Assembly (NCBI GenBank): GCA_035644475.1
Contig: DASQOL010000030.1
Coordinates: 6,646-70,645 of the forward strand
Direction: 5' to 3'
Source: Gammaproteobacteria bacterium
GTDB lineage: Bacteria; Pseudomonadota; Gammaproteobacteria; Steroidobacterales; Rariloculaceae
Length of the DNA stretch: 64,000 nt
In this document: piece after piece, positions 56,962 to 64,000 of the stretch
Position numbering within the stretch: the first letter of the stretch is position 1
How the letters are laid out: each line of letters starts with the position of its first letter
The notes under the pieces: model-generated
The model's database searches: none
Told to the model about the DNA's origin: nothing
What the model saw: only the letters and a program-made list of their open reading frames with translations
Program-made: the position numbers and the translations under genes

Positions 56962-59900
56962 GTGAGCGGTTTCGTGCATTTGCGGGTGCACACCGAGTAC
57001 TCGCTCGTCGACAGCGTCGTGCGTGTCGACCCGCTGGTCGAATCGCTCGAGCGGCAGCGCATGGCCGCGTGCGCGATCACCGACCAGGGTAACGTCTCCA
57101 CCCTCGTCAGATTCCACAAGACTGCCGTGGCGCGCGGCATCAAGCCGATCGTCGGCGCCGACGTGTGGGTCGCCGAATCGGCCGACGACCGCGAGCCGTC
57201 GCGACTGGGGCTGCTCTGTCAGAACCGCGCGGGGTTCAAGCGCTTGAGCGCGCTGCTGACGAGGAGCGCCGCGCTCGGCCCGATCCGCGGCCGTCCGGCG
57301 ATCTTGCGCGACTGGCTCACGGTAGACGCGCTCGAGGGCCTCATCGGGCTCTCCGGTGCCCAGGCGGGCGAGCTCGGCAAGGCCTTGAGCGGCGGGGGCC
57401 GTGACGCGCGGGCGGCCGAGATCTTGGACTACTGGCGCACGCTGATGCCGGGCCGCTTCTACGTGGAGCTGCAGCGGCTCGGACGGCCGAACGAGGCGGA
57501 CTACGTGGCGCGCGCCGTCCACCTCGCCGCGGCGACGGCCGCCCCGGTCGTCGCCACCAATGACGTCTGTTTCCTGGAACGCGGCGACTTCGAGGCCCAC
57601 GAGACGCGCGTCTGCATCGGCCAGGGCGTGACGCTCGACGACTCCGCGCGGCCGCACGACTACACCGACGAGCAGTACCTGAAGTCGGCCGGTGAGATGG
57701 CCGCGCTGTTCGCGGACTTGCCGGAAGCGCTGCGCAACACGCTGGAGATCGCGAAGCGCTGCACGCTCGAGGTCGACCTGGGCAAGGTGTTCCTGCCGGA
57801 CTTCGCGACGCCCGACGGCCAGCCGCCGCGCGCCTACCTCGAGCAGCGCGCCCAGCAGGGGCTCGACGAGCGCTTGCGGCAGCTTGCGGTGCCCGAGCAG
57901 CACGTGCCGCGCTACCGCGACCGGCTCGCGGCCGAGCTCGGCGTGATCGCGAAGATGGGCTTCGAGGGCTATTTCCTCATCGTCGCCGACTTCATCGCCT
58001 GGGCGCGCGAGCACTCGATCCCGGTGGGTCCCGGCCGCGGCTCGGGCGTCGGCTCGCTCGTGGCCTATGCGCTGCGCATCACCAATCTCGATCCGCTCGC
58101 GCACGATCTTTTGTTCGAGCGGTTCTTGAATCCCGAGCGCGTCTCGCTCCCGGACTTCGACATCGACTTCTGCATCGAGGGCCGCGACCGCGTCATCGAC
58201 TACGTCGGCCGGCGCTACGGCCGCGAGCGCGTGTCGCAGATCGTGACCTACGGCACGATGGCGGCGAAGGCCGTGGTCCGCGACGTCGGCCGCGCGCTCG
58301 GGCATCCGTACGGCTACGTCGACCGCATCGCGAAGCTCATCCCGTTCGAGATCGGCATCACCCTCGACAAGGCGCTCGCGGACGACGCCGAGCTCCGCGG
58401 CATGTACGAGTCCGACGACGAAGTGCGGGGCCTGATCGACCTCGCGCGCCGGCTCGAAGGGCTCGCGCGCAACATCGGCACGCACGCGGGCGGCGTCGTG
58501 ATCGCGCCCGCGGCGCTCACCGAGTTCATGCCGCTCTACGCGATCGACACCGGGCTCCTCACCCAGCTCGACAAGGACGACCTCGAGGCAATCGGCCTCA
58601 TCAAGTTCGATTTCTTGGGGTTGAAGACGCTCACGATCATCGACAAGGCGGTCGCGGCGATCAACCGTGAGCGCGCGGCGCGCGGCGAAACGCCGATCGA
58701 CATCGACGCGATTCCGGTCGACGACGCGAAGACCTACGAGCTGCTCCGGCAATGCAAGACGACCGCCGTGTTCCAGCTCGAGTCGCTCGGCATGCGCGAT
58801 CTCATCAAGCGCCTGCAGCCCGATCGTTTCGACGACCTCACGGCCATCGTCGCGCTATTCCGCCCCGGCCCGATGCAGATGGCCGACGAGTTCATCAACC
58901 GCAAGCATCTGCGCGGCGTCGCCACGGACTACCTGCATCCGCGCCTCGAAGGGATCCTGAAGCCGACCTACGGCGTGATCCTCTACCAAGAGCAAGTGAT
59001 GCAGATCGCGCAGGTGCTCGCGGGTTACTCGCTCGGCGGCGCGGACCTGCTGCGGCGCGCGATGGGCAAGAAGAAGCCGGAGGAGATGGCGCTGCAGCGG
59101 GCGGTGTTCTCGAAGGGCGCGGTCGAGCGCGGCGTCGAGGAGGCGCGCGCGAGTCACATCTTCGACCAGATGGAGACGTTCGCCGGCTACGGCTTCAACA
59201 AGTCGCACGCGGCCGCTTACGCGCTGATCGCCTATCAGACGGCGTGGCTCAAGGCGCACTATCCCGAGGCGTACATGGCGGCCGTGCTCACCGCCGACCT
59301 CGACAACACCGATCGGCTCGTGGTGCTCAAGGACGACTGCAGGCGCTTCGGCATCAGCCTCGAGCCGCCCGACGTCAACACGTCGGTGTTCGCGTTCACC
59401 GTCCCCGGGCCGAAGCGCATCAGCTACGGCTTGGGCGCCTTGAAGGGTGTGGGGCAGATGGCCGTCGACGCGCTCGTCGCGGAGCGCGCGGCACGCGGCC
59501 CGTACAAGGACCTGCTCGACCTCTGCCGCCGCGTGGATCTGCAGAAGATCAACCGGCGCGTGCTCGAGGCGCTCGCGCGTTCGGGGGCGCTCGACGCTCT
59601 CGGAGCGAACCGCGCGACGCTGCTCGCGTCGATCCCCGATGCCTTGCAGCTCGCGGAGCGGGCGGGGCACGCGGCCGCGGCCGGGCAGGGCGGGCTGTTC
59701 GCCACCGACGATGTCGACACCACGATCGAGCTCACGACGCCGGTGCAGCGCGAGTGGACGAAACGCGAGCGCCTGCAAGGAGAGCTCGACAGCCTCGGGC
59801 TGTACCTCACGGGTCACCCGTTCGAGGACTACGCGGGCCACTGCGAGAAATTTACGAACAACCCGATCGCCGGCGTTCTCGGGCCGCCGCCGGCCGAAGG

Positions 59901-60426
59901 TGCGCAGTTCTTCACCCGCCGCGAGGTCAAGCTCGCGGGCGTGGTCACCGATATCCGTCGCCGCGGCAGCCGCGTGTTCCTGATGCTCGACGACAACACC
60001 GAGCGCATCGAGGTCGCACTGTTCGAGGAGGTGATCGCGCAGTGCAAGCAGCTCCTGTCGAAGTACGCGATGCTCGTCGTCGAAGGCGCTCTGCGTTACG
60101 ACGACTTCTCGAACGGCTGGCGCGTCGTCGCCAAGCGCGTGCGCACCGCAGACTCGATGATCGAGGAGAATGCGCGGCGTGTGACTATCCGTTGGTCGAG
60201 CCACACGGCGAACGGCTCGCTCGTCCGCGATCTCCAGCAGATCTTGAAGCCGTTTCTGCGCGGCAAGTGCGAGATTTGCCTGCGCTATCGCAACTCGACA
60301 GCGGAAGCCGAGCTAACCCTCGGCGACAAGTGGACGGTCTCGCTCACCCGCGAGCTGCGCGACAAGCTCACCGAGCTCTTGGGCGACGACAGCTACTCGA
60401 TCCACTACCTGAAGCACCCGCTCTGA
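56962..60426 (+). CDS. dnaE: DNA polymerase III alpha subunit
   Basis: (M)SGFVHLRVHTEYSLVDSVVR (PHP domain), ..GPGRGSGVGSLVAYAL.ITNLDP.., ..DFDIDF.. and the full length of 1154 aa. Confidence 0.95.
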   Translation: MSGFVHLRVHTEYSLVDSVVRVDPLVESLERQRMAACAITDQGNVSTLVRFHKTAVARGIKPIVGADVWVAESADDREPSRLGLLCQNRAGFKRLSALLTRSAALGPIRGRPAILRDWLTVDALEGLIGLSGAQAGELGKALSGGGRDARAAEILDYWRTLMPGRFYVELQRLGRPNEADYVARAVHLAAATAAPVVATNDVCFLERGDFEAHETRVCIGQGVTLDDSARPHDYTDEQYLKSAGEMAALFADLPEALRNTLEIAKRCTLEVDLGKVFLPDFATPDGQPPRAYLEQRAQQGLDERLRQLAVPEQHVPRYRDRLAAELGVIAKMGFEGYFLIVADFIAWAREHSIPVGPGRGSGVGSLVAYALRITNLDPLAHDLLFERFLNPERVSLPDFDIDFCIEGRDRVIDYVGRRYGRERVSQIVTYGTMAAKAVVRDVGRALGHPYGYVDRIAKLIPFEIGITLDKALADDAELRGMYESDDEVRGLIDLARRLEGLARNIGTHAGGVVIAPAALTEFMPLYAIDTGLLTQLDKDDLEAIGLIKFDFLGLKTLTIIDKAVAAINRERAARGETPIDIDAIPVDDAKTYELLRQCKTTAVFQLESLGMRDLIKRLQPDRFDDLTAIVALFRPGPMQMADEFINRKHLRGVATDYLHPRLEGILKPTYGVILYQEQVMQIAQVLAGYSLGGADLLRRAMGKKKPEEMALQRAVFSKGAVERGVEEARASHIFDQMETFAGYGFNKSHAAAYALIAYQTAWLKAHYPEAYMAAVLTADLDNTDRLVVLKDDCRRFGISLEPPDVNTSVFAFTVPGPKRISYGLGALKGVGQMAVDALVAERAARGPYKDLLDLCRRVDLQKINRRVLEALARSGALDALGANRATLLASIPDALQLAERAGHAAAAGQGGLFATDDVDTTIELTTPVQREWTKRERLQGELDSLGLYLTGHPFEDYAGHCEKFTNNPIAGVLGPPPAEGAQFFTRREVKLAGVVTDIRRRGSRVFLMLDDNTERIEVALFEEVIAQCKQLLSKYAMLVVEGALRYDDFSNGWRVVAKRVRTADSMIEENARRVTIRWSSHTANGSLVRDLQQILKPFLRGKCEICLRYRNSTAEAELTLGDKWTVSLTRELRDKLTELLGDDSYSIHYLKHPL

Positions 60427-60433
60427 GGCGATT

Positions 60434-61717
60434 ATGAGCCGCACATGCTCGCGCTCGAATCGGTCGCGCTTGTCGAAGGGAGCGCCGGTGACGGCGGCGT
60501 TTGCTCGGCTCGTCATTCTGCTCTGTGCCGCGGCAACGGCAACGGCCGCCGCGCAATCATCGAGCGTGCCGGATGTGCTCGCGCGCCTGCCGCCCGCGAG
60601 CGGCCGCGCGGCGATTCTCGTGGACGGCTCCGCCGCAGCGGCCGACGCGACGGCCGCGACTTGGGACGGCGCCGTCGCGGTGGCGGAGTGGCTGATCGCT
60701 CGATTGCCGGCCGATGCCGAATATCAAGTCATCGTGTTCGCGGACCAAGCTCGAGCCCTGCAGGCACCGAGCGGCACCTGGTTCGTGCGCGGCAGCGAGG
60801 CCGATACCAACGAGGTGTCGCGCGCGTTGCGCGCGAACGTCCCGCCGGTAGGTCAGCCGAATCTCGCGGCGGCGTTTTCCGCGGCTGCTGCGCTCGTGCC
60901 AAAGGTAGAGCGGATCTATTTGGTGGCCGCGGCGGCGCCGGGCCGCGAGCTGCCGGAAGCGAGGCGGTCCTCGCTGTTCGCGAACGCGATGAAGTCGCTG
61001 CCGAAGGCGACGCCGGTCGACACTCTGCTCTTGCCCTCGGTGAACGGCGACGAAGTGACGCGGTTCTGGTTTGCGTCCCTTCGGACGCGCGGATCCATGC
61101 TCGCGCTGCCGACGGACCGGCGCGGGAGAGCGTCGGCCGAGAGCGGTCCTCGCTTCGAGGCGGCGCATGCCGTCTTCGTCGTCGATACTTCGGGCAGCAT
61201 GGTTCAGCTCGCCTGGGAGCGTGTGCAGCGGGTCGTTCGCGAGGTGATCACGCGGTCCGCGAGCCTCGAAGACTTTCTCATCATCAACGACGAAGGACGC
61301 GCGCTGGAGGCTGCCCCCACGTGGACCGCAGTGAGTCCCGCCGCGGTCGAAAAAGTTGCGGGCGCCCTCGCTCGCTGGCAGGCCCATTCGGGCTCGGCCC
61401 CGACCGGCGGGATCCTCCGCGCCGTCGAGCTCGCGCGCAGCGTCGGGCCCACCACCATCTACGTGCTCGGCGACGACCTCGCGGTGTCGGTGCCGAAACC
61501 GAGACGGGTGGAGTGGTCCCTCGATCGGAGCCGCGAGGAACTGCTGGACGTCCTGAACAGGGACGAGGTCCGCGGCAACATCATCGTAAGCACGATCGCT
61601 TTTCCCACGATCTACGAGGCAACTGGAGAGCTCTATACGGCGGCGGGCTTCGCCGCGCTTCAGTACGAGCTCGCGGTGCGCACCGGAGGGTTCTTCGTCG
61701 GTCTGCCTGCGAGATGA
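60434..61717 (+). CDS. Secreted protein with two vWA-like halves: a degenerate N-terminal copy and a C-terminal copy with an intact DxSxS MIDAS motif
   Basis: The start lies 8 nt after the dnaE stop, with GAGG as RBS. The signal peptide is ARLVILLCAAATATAAAQ. Half 1 reads AAILVDGSAAAA...YQVIVFADQARAL...IYLVAAAAPG. Half 2 reads AVFVVDTSGSMV...DFLIINDEGRAL...SGSAPTGG...IYVLGDDLA. Confidence 0.6.
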   Translation: MSRTCSRSNRSRLSKGAPVTAAFARLVILLCAAATATAAAQSSSVPDVLARLPPASGRAAILVDGSAAAADATAATWDGAVAVAEWLIARLPADAEYQVIVFADQARALQAPSGTWFVRGSEADTNEVSRALRANVPPVGQPNLAAAFSAAAALVPKVERIYLVAAAAPGRELPEARRSSLFANAMKSLPKATPVDTLLLPSVNGDEVTRFWFASLRTRGSMLALPTDRRGRASAESGPRFEAAHAVFVVDTSGSMVQLAWERVQRVVREVITRSASLEDFLIINDEGRALEAAPTWTAVSPAAVEKVAGALARWQAHSGSAPTGGILRAVELARSVGPTTIYVLGDDLAVSVPKPRRVEWSLDRSREELLDVLNRDEVRGNIIVSTIAFPTIYEATGELYTAAGFAALQYELAVRTGGFFVGLPAR

Positions 61718-61842
61718 TGCCCGGCCGGCGATTGCCGGTGTGCCCGCGATGATCGCCGGGTGAGTTCCGCTATTCCGGTCCCCTTGTCACTCGCGGAGCG
61801 TTCCGGGTAAGGTGCCGGGTCAGGTGGGGTCGTCTGGTATGT

Positions 61843-62802
61843 ATGGATCTGAAATTCCTGGACTTTGAGCAGCCGATCGCCGAGCTGGAGGCAAGGATCG
61901 ATGCTCTGAAGTTCGTCGGGGAAGATTCGGAGCTCAACATCAGCGAAGAGATCGAGCGCCTCAAGAACAAGAGCGAGTCTCTGACCCGCAGCATCTTCTC
62001 TAGCCTCACGGCTTGGCAGATCGCGCAGCTCGCGCGCCATCCGCAACGGCCCTACACGCTCGACTACGTCGAGCGCTGCTTCACCGACTTCCAGGAGCTC
62101 CACGGCGACCGCATGTACGCCGACGACCATTCGCTGATCGGCGGCATGGCGCGCCTCGACGACAGGTCCGTCGTGGTCATCGGCCATCAGAAGGGCCGCG
62201 ACACGAAGGAGCGCGTTTGGCGCAACTACGGTATGGCGCGGCCCGAGGGGTATCGCAAGGCCTTAAGGCTCATGCGCCTCGCCGAGAAGTTCGAGCTGCC
62301 CCTGATCACGCTGATCGATACGCCGGGCGCTTACCCCGGCATCGGCGCCGAGGAGCGTGGCCAGAGCGAGGCGATTGCGCGCAATCTGTTCGTGATGTCG
62401 TCGCTGCGCGTGCCGATCGTGAGCATCGTGATCGGCGAGGGCGGCTCGGGCGGCGCGCTCGCGATCGGCGTCGCGGACCGCGTGCTGATGCTCCAATACG
62501 GCATCTACTCGGTGATCTCGCCCGAAGGCTGCGCGAGCATTCTCTGGAAGAGCGCGGAGAAGGCCGAGCTTGCGGCGGAGGCGATGGGTATTACGGCCGA
62601 GCGCCTGCATCGGCTCGGACTCGTCGACGAGGTGATCCCCGAGCCGCTCGGCGGCGCGCATCGCGATCCTCAGTGGACAGCCGACGCCGTCAAGGGCGCG
62701 CTCAAGCGCGCGCTCGGCGACATCGAGTCGCGGCCCGTCGAGACCCTGCTCTTGCAGCGCCGTCGCCGTCTCGCCGACTATGGGGCGTTCAAAGAGACCT
62801 GA
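61843..62802 (+). CDS. accA: Acetyl-CoA carboxylase carboxyltransferase subunit alpha
   Basis: [22 protein letters not shown]...[27 protein letters not shown]. Confidence 0.95.
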   Translation: MDLKFLDFEQPIAELEARIDALKFVGEDSELNISEEIERLKNKSESLTRSIFSSLTAWQIAQLARHPQRPYTLDYVERCFTDFQELHGDRMYADDHSLIGGMARLDDRSVVVIGHQKGRDTKERVWRNYGMARPEGYRKALRLMRLAEKFELPLITLIDTPGAYPGIGAEERGQSEAIARNLFVMSSLRVPIVSIVIGEGGSGGALAIGVADRVLMLQYGIYSVISPEGCASILWKSAEKAELAAEAMGITAERLHRLGLVDEVIPEPLGGAHRDPQWTADAVKGALKRALGDIESRPVETLLLQRRRRLADYGAFKET

Positions 62803-64000
62803 AGGTCGCTCGCCGCGGCCGGCGGAGCGTGCGACGGCTCGCCGCGACTCGCCCGCGCCGTCGCCGAGCGACCGGTTCCTCGCCGCGTTTCGCGACGCGA
62901 TCGAGCGATTCGCAACGGCCGGCCAGCTCCCGCGCTGCGTGGTCGCGTTCAGCGGCGGCCTCGACTCGACCCTGCTGCTTACCGCCCTGACGCGTCTCGG
63001 CCTGCGCCCGCCGCCGCGCGCCATGCACGTCGACCACGGTCTTCATCCGGACTCCGCATCATGGGCTCGGCATTGCGCGGACGTCGCCGGCGCGCTCGGC
63101 GTGCAGCTCACGGTCGAGCGCGTGAGCGTCGACGGCGCGAGCGGCTTCGGACTCGAAGCGGCGGCGCGCGACGTGCGCTATCGCGCGCTGGCCGATTCGC
63201 TGGCGCCGGGTGAGGTGCTGCTCACCGCCCATCACGCGGACGATCAGCTCGAGACGGTTTTGCTGCGTCTCCTGCGCGGAGCGGGAATCCGCGGCATGCG
63301 CGGCATCGGCGAGCTGACGCCGTTCGGCCGTGGGCTCCTCGCGAGGCCGCTGCTCGCGTTCACCCGCGCCGAGCTGCGCGCGCAAGCGGCGGCCTGGGGT
63401 CTCTCCTGGCTCGACGATCCGGCGAACCGGGACCTGCGCCACGACCGCAACTTCCTTCGCGCGAGCGTCGTGCCGGAGCTGCTCGCGCGGTGGCCTGCGG
63501 CCGCGGCCGCGGCAGTGCGCTTCGCGCAGGCGGCGAGCGACGCCGAGGCGATCCTCGAAGCCGTAGCCGCGGAGGACCTCGCGCGCTGCGACGATGCACG
63601 GCGCGTGCCGCGCGCCGTGGTTGCGGCGCTGGCCCCGCCGCGGCAGCGCAACTTGCTGCGCGAGGCGCTGCGCCGCGTCGGGCTGCCGCCGCCGAGCGCG
63701 GCGCGGCTCGAGGCGCTCAGGCGCGCGCTGCTCGACGCGGGACCTCGCTCGCGGCCGTGCGTCCGTTGGCCGGGCGGCGAGGGCCGCGTGTTCCGCGAGC
63801 ACTTGTATCTCATGGCGCCTTTGCCGCCGGCGTCGCCGCTAGGCGACCGGGCGCTGCTGCACGACCACACGGTCTGGTCGGGCCCCGAAGGGAATCTCTC
63901 GTTCGAGTCGGCAGACGCCGCCGCGGGGTTGCCCGAGTCCTGGCTCGACGCGGGCCTCACGCTCAAGTTTCGCGTGGGCGGCGAGCGCTTCCACGCGCTC
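62780..64000 (+). CDS. tilS: tRNA(Ile)-lysidine synthetase; the 3' end runs off the window
   Basis: This frame is absent from the ORF track because it has no stop before the window end. ATG 62780 overlaps the accA end. [14 protein letters not shown] is the PP-loop SGGxDS motif. [34 protein letters not shown] and WLDDPAN are also present. Confidence 0.8.
   Translation, partial: MGRSKRPEGRSPRPAERATARRDSPAPSPSDRFLAAFRDAIERFATAGQLPRCVVAFSGGLDSTLLLTALTRLGLRPPPRAMHVDHGLHPDSASWARHCADVAGALGVQLTVERVSVDGASGFGLEAAARDVRYRALADSLAPGEVLLTAHHADDQLETVLLRLLRGAGIRGMRGIGELTPFGRGLLARPLLAFTRAELRAQAAAWGLSWLDDPANRDLRHDRNFLRASVVPELLARWPAAAAAAVRFAQAASDAEAILEAVAAEDLARCDDARRVPRAVVAALAPPRQRNLLREALRRVGLPPPSAARLEALRRALLDAGPRSRPCVRWPGGEGRVFREHLYLMAPLPPASPLGDRALLHDHTVWSGPEGNLSFESADAAAGLPESWLDAGLTLKFRVGGERFHAL

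Overview
This is a GC-rich, proteobacterial-type chromosomal segment that is almost entirely coding (about 55 genes). All calls come from reading motifs and gene order by eye; no database or HMM search was run.

Left part (1-24.7 kb), a mix of envelope and signalling genes:
- an edge-truncated SGNH hydrolase and a decayed beta-helix gene remnant
- an HDOD protein
- a MobA-like gene broken by an in-frame TAG
- a REC-like/TM/TonB_C protein
- a DegT-type sugar aminotransferase
- a PrsR-like (PEP-CTERM-box) sigma-54 response regulator
- a GlrK-QseG-GlrR three-gene module, then galE
- a lipoprotein HExxH protease with a translationally coupled small secreted protein
- a PAS/GAF/GGDEF/EAL protein, dusA and a methyltransferase
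- a class III cyclase-FHA fusion and GTP-dependent PEPCK

Middle part (24.7-39 kb): yoaA-tsaB, phoB-phoR-phoU-dsbB, a vapBC toxin-antitoxin insertion, dapE, pstSCAB and an outer-membrane channel gene.

Right part (39-64 kb): the classical core block dapD-glnD-map / rpsB-tsf-pyrH-frr-uppS-cdsA-rseP-bamA-skp-lpxD-fabZ-lpxA-lpxB-dnaE-accA-tilS. It lacks dxr and rnhB, and it has an extra secreted tandem-vWA gene between dnaE and accA.

I saw no rRNA, tRNA, CRISPR array, transposase, integrase or phage genes.

The most unusual signal not explained by genes is a family of nested palindromic (foldback) elements with AAAATAGGGACATGTT termini:
- A ~470-bp copy with a perfect 47-bp inverted-repeat core separates lpxA from lpxB and carries the lpxB start codon.
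- An ~90-bp copy exactly fills the gap between the convergent stop codons of the two sigma-54 regulator genes.

I did not find a convincing new multi-gene system such as a defence island. The candidate novelties are single genes, gene pairs or non-coding structures, and they are scored accordingly.
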